From: Acidobacteriota bacterium | GTDB taxonomy: Bacteria; Acidobacteriota; Thermoanaerobaculia; Gp7-AA8 | Length of the DNA stretch: 64,000 nt | Reading direction: 5' to 3' | NCBI GenBank assembly: GCA_019244185.1 | Contig: JAFATB010000014.1 | Coordinates: forward strand, 640,001 to 704,000 | Part shown: piece by piece, positions 37,919 to 47,859 of the stretch | How the letters are laid out: the number at the start of each line of letters is the position of its first letter | How positions within the stretch are numbered: position 1 is the first letter of the stretch | Translations under genes and position numbers: made by a program | Notes under the pieces: model-generated | The model's database searches: none | Told to the model about the DNA's origin: nothing | What the model saw: the letters and a program-made list of their open reading frames with translations, nothing else

Positions 37919-39324
37919 ACGAAGCGCGTCCGCTGGAGCCGTCCGCGGACGAAATGCGCACGCTCGTCGATGCGGCCATGCGCCGCATCGTCGCGCACAT
38001 CGAGTCGCTGCCGTCGCAGCCGGCGATGAACGTCGACGGCGCGACGGACTACGCGCGCACGCTGATCGAGCCGTTGCCGTCGCATGGCAGCGACTACGAA
38101 AAGCTGCTCGACTTCCTCTTCGACGAAGCGATCCCGCGGTCGTTCACGGCCGCCGGTCCCGGCTACCTCGCGTACGTGCCGGGCGGCGGGCTCTTTCACT
38201 CCGCGATCGCGGACCTCATCGCCGACGCGGTGAACCGCTACGTCGGCGTCTGCGCCGCCGCGCCCGCGCTCGTGCAGCTCGAGACGAACGTGATCCGCTG
38301 GTTTGCGGAGATCGCCGGCTATCCGCGCGGCGCGAGCGGCGTGCTCACGAGCGGCGGCTCGCTCGCGAACTTCACCGCCATCGTCACCGCGAGGAAGGCG
38401 TTATTGCCGGACGACTTCCTGCGCGGCACGCTCTATTGCTCGCAGCAGGTCCATCATTCGTTTCAGAAGGCCGCGAATCTGGCCGGCTTTCCATACGGCA
38501 ACATCCGCGAAGTGCCGGTCGATGCGGAGTTCCGGATCCGCATCGATGCGCTCGAAGAGGCGATCGCGCGCGACCGCGCGGCAGGCTGGACGCCGTTCCT
38601 CGTCGCCGGCAGCGCGGGCACGACGCCGACCGGGGCGGTGGACGATCTCGAGGCGCTCGCGCGCGTCGCGAAACGCGAGTCGCTCTGGTTTCACGTCGAC
38701 GGAGCGTACGGCGCGTTCTTCCGCCTCACGGACCGCGGACGTGAGACGTTGCGCGGCCTCGAGCAGTCCGACTCGCTGATCCTCGATCCGCACAAGACGC
38801 TGTTCCTGCCGTTCGGCACCGGCGCGCTGCTCGTGCGCGACGCGCACGCGCTGCGCCGCGCGCATTCATCGCACGCCGATTACCTGCCGGACATGCAGCA
38901 GGAGGACGAACTGGTCGACTTCTGCGAGATCTCGCCGGAGCTCTCGCGCGACTTTCGCGGCCTGCGCGTCTGGCTGCCGCTGAAGCTCTTCGGCATCGAA
39001 GTCTTCCGCGAGCAACTCGATGAGAAGCTCGATCTGACCGCGTATGCGGTGGATGGTCTGCGGGCGATCGACGGCATCGAGATCGTCGCCGAGCCGCAGC
39101 TGACGATCGCCGCGTTTCGCCTCTTGGTCGAAGGCCGCGATCCCGAAGAGCTGAACCGCGAGCTGCTCGCGCGCATCAACGCGAAGAAGCGCGTGATGCT
39201 GACGCCGGCGATTCTCGACGGCCGCTTCGTGATTCGCATCGCGATCGTTTCGCACCGCACGCACCGCGACCGCGTCGACATGCTGCTCGAAGACGTGCGC
39301 GCCGCGGTCGAGTCGCTGCGATGA
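37915..39324 (+). CDS. PLP-dependent group II (aromatic amino acid-type) decarboxylase
   Basis: SGGSLAN, HHSFQK, HVDGAYG, LDPHK (PLP lysine); GTGA overlap with the upstream gene. Confidence 0.92.
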   Translation: MNEARPLEPSADEMRTLVDAAMRRIVAHIESLPSQPAMNVDGATDYARTLIEPLPSHGSDYEKLLDFLFDEAIPRSFTAAGPGYLAYVPGGGLFHSAIADLIADAVNRYVGVCAAAPALVQLETNVIRWFAEIAGYPRGASGVLTSGGSLANFTAIVTARKALLPDDFLRGTLYCSQQVHHSFQKAANLAGFPYGNIREVPVDAEFRIRIDALEEAIARDRAAGWTPFLVAGSAGTTPTGAVDDLEALARVAKRESLWFHVDGAYGAFFRLTDRGRETLRGLEQSDSLILDPHKTLFLPFGTGALLVRDAHALRRAHSSHADYLPDMQQEDELVDFCEISPELSRDFRGLRVWLPLKLFGIEVFREQLDEKLDLTAYAVDGLRAIDGIEIVAEPQLTIAAFRLLVEGRDPEELNRELLARINAKKRVMLTPAILDGRFVIRIAIVSHRTHRDRVDMLLEDVRAAVESLR

Positions 39325-40202
39325 ACCGCGCGGCGATGGCGTCGATCGTCGTCGCGCTCGCGCTCTTCATCTACTTTCGCCCGCTCAGCGTCTACTTCGG
39401 CGCGCGACGCGTGTATCTCTGCGCGATCGGCATGCGCGGTCACGACGCGAACGTCGGCGGCCATCGCATCCACTACCTCGCCGGCGGTGACGGTCCGCCG
39501 CTCGTGCTCGTGCATGGCGTGGCGATGCGCGCCGAGGATTGGGCGCCGCTCGTGCGTCCGCTGCTCCGTTCGCATCGCGTCTACATCCCCGATCTCCTCG
39601 GATACGGCGACTCCGACAAGCCGCCGGCCGCCGACTACGCGATCGCGGCGCAGGCAGAGCGCGTGCGCGGACTGCTCGACGCGCTGCGCCTCGAACGCGC
39701 GGACGTGATGGGCGTGTCGATGGGCGGCTGGGTTTCGCTCGCGCTCGCGGCGTCGCATCCCGAACGCGTGCGGCGGCTCGTCCTGATCTCCAGCGCCGGC
39801 CTGCGCTTCCGGACGTCGCTGCGCGAGACGACGTTCTCGCCGCGGAGCATTGACGAACTGCGCGCGAGCCTCGCGCTGCAGACGGATCGCGCCGGACGGC
39901 TGCCGTCGTTCGTGCTGCGCGACTTTCTGCGCCGCTCGCGCGAGAAGGCGTGGATCGTCACGGCGTCGATGCACGCGATGTTCACCGGACGCGATCTCCT
40001 CGATGGCAAACTGCAGCGCGTGCGCATGCCGGTGCTGCTCGTCTGGGGCACCGCCGATCGCATCGTGCCGTACTCCGTCGCGTTGCAGATGCAGCGCGAG
40101 CTTCCGCAAGCGCGGCTCATCACCGCGCGCGGTTGCGGACATCTCGCGGTGATCGAATGCCGCGCGCAGATCGTGCCGCCGATCCGCGAGTTTCTACGTT
40201 AG
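39321..40202 (+). CDS. Alpha/beta fold hydrolase with N-terminal anchor
   Basis: LVLVHG, PDLLGYGDS, GVSMGG, WGTADRIVP, CGHL. Confidence 0.92.
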   Translation: MNRAAMASIVVALALFIYFRPLSVYFGARRVYLCAIGMRGHDANVGGHRIHYLAGGDGPPLVLVHGVAMRAEDWAPLVRPLLRSHRVYIPDLLGYGDSDKPPAADYAIAAQAERVRGLLDALRLERADVMGVSMGGWVSLALAASHPERVRRLVLISSAGLRFRTSLRETTFSPRSIDELRASLALQTDRAGRLPSFVLRDFLRRSREKAWIVTASMHAMFTGRDLLDGKLQRVRMPVLLVWGTADRIVPYSVALQMQRELPQARLITARGCGHLAVIECRAQIVPPIREFLR

Positions 40203-41402
40203 ATGCGACGGCAAGCGCGGCGAGGAGAGGAGCTCGGCGAAGACGCTCCAGCGTTTCGCGCGGTCGCCTTCCGCGCGGCGCTCGACGTAGTTGCGGACGA
40301 GATCCTTGCCGAGGTTGTAGTTGATGACGTAGGAGCGATATTGGTCGAAGAACGTCACGCGCTGGCGTGCGCGCGCGGGCGCCATGAGCGCGTACATCGT
40401 CAGCCATTCGGCCGCGGCGCCGGCGTCGATCTCGCCGTCGAGGTAGCGCCGCGCGGCCTCGTTGCCGGCGTAGCCGGTGCGCGCGACCAACTCGTGCACG
40501 CGGTAGTACTGCGCGGCACGCGCGCCGTCGAGTCCCGCGATCGGGAAGAGCGTCTCCGCTTCCATCGCCACGCGCTCGTCGGCGGGAAAGGCGACGTCGA
40601 TGCCGTAGTTCGCGCTCCCTTCGGCGATGAGCGATTGCGGTGAGAACAGCGCGTAGACGGAGAACTCCGGCCAGCCGCGGTCGCGCACGAGCGTCTTCTC
40701 GAGCAGGGCGTTGTAGACGTGATGTCCGGGATAGCCTTCGTGACACGCGAGATCGATGGCGCGGTCGATGAAGATCGGCAGGTCGGTGTTGACCTGGATG
40801 AGGCTGCGGAAGTTGCCCTGGTACCAGTTGTAGCCGCTCCACGCTTTGTCGTTCACGTATTCGACGGTGAACGTCTCGCCGACCGGCAGCGCGATCTCGT
40901 CGGCGGTGCGCGCGCGGCAGACGTCGATCGCGGCGCGGAAGACGTCGTCGAGCTTTTCGCGCGGAATCACGAACTGCATGCGGAACGCTTCGACACGCTC
41001 GACGAGCGCGCCGTCGCCGGGGAGCTCGGCTTCGATCGCCGCATTCAGCGCGCGGAAGTAATCTTCGCCGTGCGTCGGCGCGACGGCGTCGTAGAGAGCG
41101 CGCGACTCGTCATCGAACCGCAGCGTCGCGCCCTGAAGAATTTCCGCGCGCGCGATGAGCGCGTCGGTCTGACGGCGGAGATAATCGAGGCGCAGCGCTT
41201 CGACGTTGTGCTGTGGCCGCGCGATACCTTCGAGCGTTCCGCGCAACGCGCGCGCATCGGCGAGGATCGCGTCGAGCGTGCGCTTCTCCGCACGCACTTC
41301 GTCGCGCCATTCCGCGGGACCGTAGAAGGCGTCGACATAGTCGGAGTCGTGCTCGCCCATGGCCAGGACGAGCTTCACGTAGCGCTGCGCCGCATCGTTC
41401 AT
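40194..41402 (-). CDS. DUF885-related putative metallopeptidase-like protein
   Basis: WSGYNWYQG, ACHEGYPGHH, LIAEGSA, YVINYNLG. Confidence 0.8.
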   Translation of the reverse strand: MNDAAQRYVKLVLAMGEHDSDYVDAFYGPAEWRDEVRAEKRTLDAILADARALRGTLEGIARPQHNVEALRLDYLRRQTDALIARAEILQGATLRFDDESRALYDAVAPTHGEDYFRALNAAIEAELPGDGALVERVEAFRMQFVIPREKLDDVFRAAIDVCRARTADEIALPVGETFTVEYVNDKAWSGYNWYQGNFRSLIQVNTDLPIFIDRAIDLACHEGYPGHHVYNALLEKTLVRDRGWPEFSVYALFSPQSLIAEGSANYGIDVAFPADERVAMEAETLFPIAGLDGARAAQYYRVHELVARTGYAGNEAARRYLDGEIDAGAAAEWLTMYALMAPARARQRVTFFDQYRSYVINYNLGKDLVRNYVERRAEGDRAKRWSVFAELLSSPRLPSHLT

Positions 41403-41461
41403 GGCGCGGGAATCTAACATCCGCCCGCGCCGAGGGCACGCTTTTCGCGTCGCGTGGCGGC

Positions 41462-42244
41462 ATGATCCATTGCGCAACCTGCGGCGCGCCGCTTCCGCCC
41501 GGCGCACAGTTCTGTCCGCGCTGCGGCGCTGTCGTGGCTGCGCCGCCAGTGACGCCGTCTGCGCCGCCGCCCGTCACGCCCGCGCAGACGCCGCCCGTTC
41601 GCGCCGCGCGCGCGACGTGGTGGATCGTGCCGGCGACGATCGTGGCGCTGCTGCTCATCGCGTGGCTGCTGCTGAAGGGGATGCCGTTCGGCGGCGGCGA
41701 GGATCGCGCGACGACGACGCGCGTCGCGACGGAGACCATCGCCGAAGGCACGGCCACAACGGCGCCGCCGTCATCGACGCCGAGCGACTCCGGCACGGTC
41801 GTCGATCTCACCGAGACGCAATCGGAGACGACGCCGCCGAATGTCGCGACATCGGCGACGACTTCGACGGCAACGTCGACCGTACCGGTCACGCCACCGC
41901 CGCGGACCGCGATGGAGATCACGCCACCGCCTCCTGCACCGCGTGAAACGCCGCCGCCCGCCCCGCGTCCGGTGGAGACGACACCGCCTCCGTCGCCGTC
42001 CTCTTCAGCAGAGATCAGCGAGTCGGAGGCGGTGGCGGTGTTGCGCGGCTACGTCACCTCGCGCGACTACTACGGCATCGGCGCCGCGTGTACGAACATC
42101 ACCAGTCACGGCTACCGCAACGTCGGCTACACGATGGAAGTCTTCGACTCGTGCAGCCATCGCATGCTCGGCCGCTGGCGTGTCGATGCGAAGACGCGCG
42201 AGGTGTTCCGGCAGCAGGACGACGGGCGCTATCTGCGGCCGTAG
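41462..42244 (+). CDS. Zinc-ribbon, single-TM, Pro/Thr-linker membrane protein
   Basis: CATCG...FCPRCG, one TM helix, P/T-rich linker, small C-terminal domain. Confidence 0.82.
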   Translation: MIHCATCGAPLPPGAQFCPRCGAVVAAPPVTPSAPPPVTPAQTPPVRAARATWWIVPATIVALLLIAWLLLKGMPFGGGEDRATTTRVATETIAEGTATTAPPSSTPSDSGTVVDLTETQSETTPPNVATSATTSTATSTVPVTPPPRTAMEITPPPPAPRETPPPAPRPVETTPPPSPSSSAEISESEAVAVLRGYVTSRDYYGIGAACTNITSHGYRNVGYTMEVFDSCSHRMLGRWRVDAKTREVFRQQDDGRYLRP

Positions 42245-42257
42245 TCGATTCGCGCGA

Positions 42258-42779
42258 TCACTTCTGCCGCTTGCACGTCTCCTGTGACGTCTTGATCCAC
42301 TTGCCGCCCTGCTCGATCGCGCCGGTGTGCATCATCTGCGACTCGCTCTCTTTCACGAACGTGTCGCGGCTCTGCACGGTCGTCCCGTTCATGTGCCACG
42401 GGCCGGTGAACGTGAGCGTGTTGCCCTGCCACGGGCCCGCCTCGATCGAGTAGCCGCCGATGCTGTCGACGCCGCCGAGGACGAACGCCTTCTGCTGCCG
42501 GTCGTAGCCCATGTAGCCGCTGATGGCGAACGGATGCGCGTTCTTCGGCGTGGCCGTTTCCATGTACGAGAACGCGACCCAATGTCCGTTCAGGGCCCAC
42601 GTGCCGTTCACCGTTGCCGCCGTCGCGTGCTCCGGCATGTCCTCCATCGCGAACGCGGTGCCGGTGCACTGCCATTTCCCGACGAAGTATCCGAGGGGAG
42701 CGACCGCTGGATCGGGGGCCGCGAATGCGGCCGTGGCCGCGAGGACGAGAAAAACCACTACCATCGCCTGTTTCATCAT
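42258..42779 (-). CDS. Secreted DUF1579-like beta-barrel protein
   Basis: Signal peptide; LGYFVGKWQC, YMGYD...GVDSIGG; GGAGG RBS. Confidence 0.78.
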   Translation of the reverse strand: MMKQAMVVVFLVLAATAAFAAPDPAVAPLGYFVGKWQCTGTAFAMEDMPEHATAATVNGTWALNGHWVAFSYMETATPKNAHPFAISGYMGYDRQQKAFVLGGVDSIGGYSIEAGPWQGNTLTFTGPWHMNGTTVQSRDTFVKESESQMMHTGAIEQGGKWIKTSQETCKRQK

Positions 42780-42868
42780 TCCTCCAAGTCGTTTCGTGTG
42801 ACGCCGACTCTACGGACGGCGAACGCGGCTGGATTCGTGACGCGGAAATGCTCCTCGGCCGGCTACGG

Positions 42869-42897
42869 TTGACAGGAGGTCACCCCATCCGTATGGT
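42869..42897 (+). promoter_or_regulatory. Sigma70 promoter of the tRNA operon
   Basis: TTGACA-17bp-TATGGT followed by a GC-rich discriminator. Confidence 0.75.
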
Positions 42898-42941
42898 GAC
42901 GCCTCGCGGGCGAACGCCCGCGCTTTGTTCGTTGAAGTCGC

Positions 42942-43016
42942 GGGCCCGTAGCTCAGTGGTAGAGCAGTTGGCTTTTAACCAATTGGTCGTAGGTTCGATC
43001 CCTACCGGGCTCACCA
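42942..43016 (+). tRNA. trnK: tRNA-Lys(UUU)
   Basis: GGGCCCG/CGGGCTC acceptor stem, anticodon loop CTTTTAA, GGTTCGATCC T-arm, CCA end. Confidence 0.97.
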
Positions 43017-43042
43017 CCCGGCCCGCCCCCCGCACCCCTCGA

Positions 43043-43118
43043 GTCCCCATCGTCTAGAGGCCTAGGACATCGCCCTTTCACGGCGACAACACGGGTTCGA
43101 ATCCCGTTGGGGACGCCA
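43043..43118 (+). tRNA. trnE: tRNA-Glu(UUC)
   Basis: GTCCCCA/TGGGGAC acceptor stem, anticodon loop CTTTCAC, GGTTCGAATCC, CCA end. Confidence 0.97.
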
Positions 43119-43371
43119 TCCCATCTTTCGCGGTTCCCGTTGGGGGACCGGCATGCTTCGCAACGTTTTCTTGTGGCGGAGCTTTGTTCGCTGAGGCTTC
43201 TCCCGTCTCTGCGGCCTCTTGCCGTTTATCCCGACGGGAAGGTGTTGTGATTGGGGCCACACCGATGCTTGCGCCAAACGTCATTTGCGACCCGGCCGTC
43301 ACGTTCATCGGCTGTTTATGTGATCGCGCGCATCTTGGAACTCTTGAAAGAGACACTCTAAAGGAGAGCCG

Positions 43372-43701
43372 ATGAAATACAGGACCATCGCAACACTCGT
43401 AGTGACTTTCGCGACGGCGATGCTGATGTTCGCCGCCGCGGGTGCGAAGCCGAAGATCACCATGAAGCAGGCGCGAGCCATCGCCCTGAAGAAAGCGCCG
43501 GGCAGAGTGCAGAGCGAGGAACTGGAGAACGAGCATGGCAAATTGATCTACTCGTTCGACATCGCAACGTCAGCCAAGCACATCACCGAGGTGAACGTCG
43601 ATGCTCTGAACGGGAGAATCGTCGCCGTACAGCAGGAGAACGCGGCGAAGGAAGCGGCGGAGAAGAAGCAGGAAGAACGAGAGAAAGCCGGCAAGCACTG
43701 A
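43372..43701 (+). CDS. PepSY-domain secreted protein
   Basis: KITMKQARAIALKKAPGRVQSEELENEHGKLIYSFDI...EVNVDALNGRIV; AAGGAG RBS. Confidence 0.9.
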   Translation: MKYRTIATLVVTFATAMLMFAAAGAKPKITMKQARAIALKKAPGRVQSEELENEHGKLIYSFDIATSAKHITEVNVDALNGRIVAVQQENAAKEAAEKKQEEREKAGKH

Positions 43702-43806
43702 CGCTCGCACGGAAATCCCAATTGGGAGAAATGGTGATTGGCGTGCGGGCTGTCGCGTCCTCGTTATGACGGTCCCGCACGCCGCGTCGCTCATACGTTC
43801 GAGCGG

Positions 43807-44958
43807 TCAGGGATAGTCGAGAGTTCCTGGAAGCAGACTCAGTCCGTCACCGCCGGAACACGAATAGTTGTTCACGGGCATCCAGATCCACATGCGATTC
43901 GCACTTCCGGAAAGACTGCCGAACCACAACCCCGTACCCCAGGCATAAAGATTCGACGGTAGATTACCGATCGCGGTCGGCGAAGTCCAAACGCCGCTGG
44001 AAAGCGAGGACGAGGTCTGCCAGTAGACCGTTCCGCTCCAGTCCTGAACTCGCACCCACCAGCCCTGATTGTCGTCATGCTTCAGGTCGCCCGACCCAAA
44101 CGCGTAATTGTTCATCGAGTTGTAGATTCCGATGACATGGTCGCCGTTCGCCAGCAGGGTGCCGTCGCTGCCGTATCCGTCGTCCGACCAGACGAACTGG
44201 CCCGAGTTGTTTTCCCAGGTTCCGTTATGAAAGACCTGGCGAACCGATGGCCCAAACCCATACGCATGCGCGCTGCTGTAATCAAAGCGATACACGACCG
44301 GAGAGAGCGTGCCGGAGTTGTAATGGTAGTAACTCATGAAAACGTAGAAGTAGCCGTTCTCGTACGCGAGTTGGACCTGTCCGATTCCATTGGGGTGTTG
44401 TCCGTTCCCCACGCAGTCTCCCGCGTATTTACCGAATAAGACCGGCGTCCACGTCTCGCCCGGAGGCGGATTGACGTTGTACACGGACCAGTTGATGCCG
44501 TCATTGGAGACCGCCCAATAGATCTTTCCGTCAAAGTAGTCGGCGTTTCCCCCGCTGAACGCCATGAAATACCGGCTATCGCCCGGTACCTGTACAACGG
44601 ACGGGCTGGCGATGGGCCCGTGCACGGTGGACGAGTACCCGCACCGCGTGTAGCCGCCCATGAATTCCGGGCAATTGGTTGCGCCCATCGCGCTCCATGC
44701 ACCGCTGCTCTGATTCCGCGTCGTTCCGAAGAACGAGTCGATGTTGGTGCACGAGTTCATCGTGTTCCCTCCCTGCGTCAACAGATGGAGGTCGCCGGAA
44801 GGCAGCTTGTAGAGCGTGGGGTCGTACAGCGTTTGCCAGCTACATCCGCCGCTGCCCTGCGTGAGAGGCGTGTAAGTAGAGCCGACGTGATAGTTCTGAC
44901 CGAATACGGTCAGCGATAGTGTTAGTTCTGCGAGAAGCAACCACTTCTGTACTTTCAT
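43807..44958 (-). CDS. Secreted beta-propeller-like (glycoside hydrolase-like) protein of atypical composition
   Basis: Signal peptide; DPTL and ASPSVV blade motifs, Asp-box AVSNDGINW; visibly more AT-rich than flanks. Confidence 0.72.
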   Translation of the reverse strand: MKVQKWLLLAELTLSLTVFGQNYHVGSTYTPLTQGSGGCSWQTLYDPTLYKLPSGDLHLLTQGGNTMNSCTNIDSFFGTTRNQSSGAWSAMGATNCPEFMGGYTRCGYSSTVHGPIASPSVVQVPGDSRYFMAFSGGNADYFDGKIYWAVSNDGINWSVYNVNPPPGETWTPVLFGKYAGDCVGNGQHPNGIGQVQLAYENGYFYVFMSYYHYNSGTLSPVVYRFDYSSAHAYGFGPSVRQVFHNGTWENNSGQFVWSDDGYGSDGTLLANGDHVIGIYNSMNNYAFGSGDLKHDDNQGWWVRVQDWSGTVYWQTSSSLSSGVWTSPTAIGNLPSNLYAWGTGLWFGSLSGSANRMWIWMPVNNYSCSGGDGLSLLPGTLDYP

Positions 44959-45024
44959 CCGGATACCTTTCTTTCCGCAAATGCAGTGCAGTAGGTATGC
45001 CGTCCGTTTTAGTGCAAAAACGAC

Positions 45025-45050
45025 AAAGCCCTCCGTCGCCGGAGGGCTTT
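45025..45050 (-). terminator. Rho-independent terminator after the PKD gene
   Basis: AAAGCCCTCCG-TCGC-CGGAGGGCTTT with T-tract on the minus strand. Confidence 0.8.
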
Positions 45051-45072
45051 CGTCAATTGCGATCTCTAGTAT

Positions 45073-47775
45073 TTACGGCGCGACGACCACGTTTCGTTCG
45101 CGTTCGATCGATGGCCGGCCCGGCTGTTCGATCTCGACGCGGACCTTGTACGTGCCGGGAGCCGCGAACGTGAACGTGGCGGTCGTGCCGCGCGGTCGCG
45201 AGTCATCCGGCAGGCGCCATTTGAAGGAGGCGCCGGACGGCGGCGGAACGTCGGACGTTGCGGTGAACGTGACCGGTGCGCCCGCGCGCGGCGACGACGG
45301 CGACCACGAGAAATCGACGCTCGTCACCGCCGTGCCGCCGCCCGTGTTCGTGCCGCCGCCGACGTTGATCACGTGCGTCGCGTGCAGCGTCGTGCTGCCT
45401 TCCTTCTCCTGCTCCAACTCCACTTCGAACGAGCCGGCGCTGGCGAACGTGAACGTCACGACGCTGCCGGTCTTGCGCACGCCGCCGGGGAACTGAAAGC
45501 GGAACACGCCACCGTTGCCGCCCGTCGCGGTGAACGTGACTTCCTGACCGGCCGCGGGACTGGCGGGCGACCACGCGAAGTCGACCGCACCGCCGCCGCC
45601 ACCGTTCGGGCTGCCGCCGCCGACGTTGACGGTGTGTCTCGCGTGCAGCGTCGTGCTGCCTTGGTGCTCCTGTTCGAGCTCGACTTCGAACGAGCCGGCG
45701 CCGGCGAACGTGAACGTCACGACGCTGCCGCTCTTGCGCACGCCGCCCGGGAACTCGAAGCGGAACACGCCGCCGTTGCCGCCCGTCGCCGTGAACGTGA
45801 CCGGTTCGCCGGCCGCGGGATTCGCGGGCGACCAGGTGAAGTCGATCGCCGACGGCGTGCCGGTCGACGGCGTGCCGCCGACGCTCACGACGTGCGTCAC
45901 CTCGCCGCCGCCGTTGCCGTCATGCTCGAGCTCGAGCTCGACTTCGAACGAGCCGGTCGACGGGAACGTGAAGGTTGCCACGGAGCCGGTCTTGCGCACG
46001 TTGCCGGGGAACTTCCACTTGAAGGAGCCGCCCGCCGTCGTGCCGGTGGCGGTGAAGGTGACTTCCTGACCGGCGGCCGGTGCGACGGGCGACCAGGTGA
46101 AGTCGATCGGACCCGTGCTCGTGCCGCCGCCGCCGTTCGCGACGACGTGGACGTCTTCCTGATCGCGCACGATCGCGCCGCTCGCGAGCGTCACGACTGC
46201 CGTGACGGCGAACTCGCCCGCGCTCGCGTACGCGTGCGTCGTCGTCGCGCCGCTGCCGGTCGTACCGTCGCCGAACGTCCACTGCACGCTGGTGATGCCG
46301 GCGGCGTCGCCGATCGAGAAGCCGACCTGTGCGCCGATGGCCGCCGTGCGCGGCGTGATGCGAATCTCGAGCTCGTGATGCCGCTCGTTCTCCTGTTCCG
46401 CCTCATGCACCGAGGTGTCGCCGGTGCGGTTGTCGACGCTCGAGGCGACGGCGGTGACGGAGACGCCGTTGTGCGTCTCGACTTCGACTTCGCCCGAATG
46501 CACCTGCGCCGCGCCGCGGCTCAGCGAGATCTGCGTCATCGCCTCGGCCTCGACGTGGAACGGCTCGACCTCCACTTCCTGTCCGTTGTCATCGAAGAGA
46601 CGCACCGTGCCGTCCGCCGCGCCGGAGTGGCCGGAGAGTGCGACGTTGAGGCGGTACGCATCGTCGCGGCGCACGCCCTGAATGCGCACCAGAGAACCGC
46701 GCACCGCGTTGTCCTGCGCGAGCAGCGCCGAGCCGTACGTCGAGCCGTCGGTGAGCGTGTTGAAGACGCGCACGGCGGAGACGACGGGGACGGTGGCGGT
46801 GATGGTCAGCGCTCCCGAGCCGTTGCCCGCGCCGACGAACGTGTTGACGTCTTCGGCCCGCACGGTGCCGCGCGCGGGAAGATCCGCGGTGGTCGTGACG
46901 AGCTGCCCGGTCGTGTTGTCGCGATATGCGAACGTCACCGTTCCGGCGACATCGGCGCGCGAGCTCACCGCGGCCGACGTGCTCCAGAACGTCGACTGCG
47001 CGCCCGGCGTACGGCCGACGACAGGGAAGAAGAGCTCCGTCGCGCCGTTGACGGACGGGATGTTGGTCGGGTCGTTCGAGAGGTTGTCGACGACGCTGGC
47101 GAGCGCGTACAGCGGCGTCGTCGAGATCCATTCGACGAGCCGGCGTGCGTCGTCCGTCGTCGAGGCGACGTCGCGTGCGAGCGCGATCTGCACGGTCGAA
47201 TGCGCCGGCACCGCGAGCTGATCGGTCGCCAGCAGCGCGCCGCTCTCGTCGCGAACGGCATACGTGACGATCGCAAGGTCACCGGTGGCGTTCGCGTACG
47301 CGACGTTCGAGCGATAGCGGCGGCTCTGGATGAGGCCACTCATCGCGCCTTCGTTCGGCAGCACGGAGGGATCGAACGACTCGTACGCGCTGCCGTACGT
47401 GCCGCCCGCGGTCGCGCTCGTGTACGTGTGCGCCGAGGCACTGACGTTGCCGTCCGAGCGGACTTCGAGCTGGCCGCCCCAGCTGGTGGGATTCGCGCCC
47501 TGAAAACTGTCGGGACGCACGGCATCGGCGAGGAGCAGCGAGCCGTTCGCGGGAAGGGTCACGGTGCGCACGACGGCCGCGCGATCGTCCGGATGAAAGA
47601 CGAGGTCGACCGAGCGCGCCACATTGTCGTTGTTCGTCAGGCTGACGTCGGTGGCCCACGACGTGCCGTTGGCGCCCGGCAGATGGCCGGCGATGGGGAT
47701 GACTCGCGTACCGGCCTGCAGCGTGAACGCCGCGGCGAGCAGGACGAGGAACGCAACGATCCAGCTTCTCTTCAT
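45073..47775 (-). CDS. Large secreted protein: duplicated N-terminal modules + five PKD-like repeats
   Basis: Signal MKRSWIVAFLV; PGANGTSWATDV and PGAQSTFWST modules; WTFGDG PKD then four DF(T/A/S)WSP..P.AG..VTFTAT repeats. Confidence 0.88.
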   Translation of the reverse strand: MKRSWIVAFLVLLAAAFTLQAGTRVIPIAGHLPGANGTSWATDVSLTNNDNVARSVDLVFHPDDRAAVVRTVTLPANGSLLLADAVRPDSFQGANPTSWGGQLEVRSDGNVSASAHTYTSATAGGTYGSAYESFDPSVLPNEGAMSGLIQSRRYRSNVAYANATGDLAIVTYAVRDESGALLATDQLAVPAHSTVQIALARDVASTTDDARRLVEWISTTPLYALASVVDNLSNDPTNIPSVNGATELFFPVVGRTPGAQSTFWSTSAAVSSRADVAGTVTFAYRDNTTGQLVTTTADLPARGTVRAEDVNTFVGAGNGSGALTITATVPVVSAVRVFNTLTDGSTYGSALLAQDNAVRGSLVRIQGVRRDDAYRLNVALSGHSGAADGTVRLFDDNGQEVEVEPFHVEAEAMTQISLSRGAAQVHSGEVEVETHNGVSVTAVASSVDNRTGDTSVHEAEQENERHHELEIRITPRTAAIGAQVGFSIGDAAGITSVQWTFGDGTTGSGATTTHAYASAGEFAVTAVVTLASGAIVRDQEDVHVVANGGGGTSTGPIDFTWSPVAPAAGQEVTFTATGTTAGGSFKWKFPGNVRKTGSVATFTFPSTGSFEVELELEHDGNGGGEVTHVVSVGGTPSTGTPSAIDFTWSPANPAAGEPVTFTATGGNGGVFRFEFPGGVRKSGSVVTFTFAGAGSFEVELEQEHQGSTTLHARHTVNVGGGSPNGGGGGAVDFAWSPASPAAGQEVTFTATGGNGGVFRFQFPGGVRKTGSVVTFTFASAGSFEVELEQEKEGSTTLHATHVINVGGGTNTGGGTAVTSVDFSWSPSSPRAGAPVTFTATSDVPPPSGASFKWRLPDDSRPRGTTATFTFAAPGTYKVRVEIEQPGRPSIERERNVVVAP

Positions 47776-47859
47776 GATGATCTCCTGTTTGGCTTCCATG
47801 GACAGACCTCCGGCGGACGTGCCCGTGAGGAACGCCGTTCGATTCGGTTTCGGTGGTGG

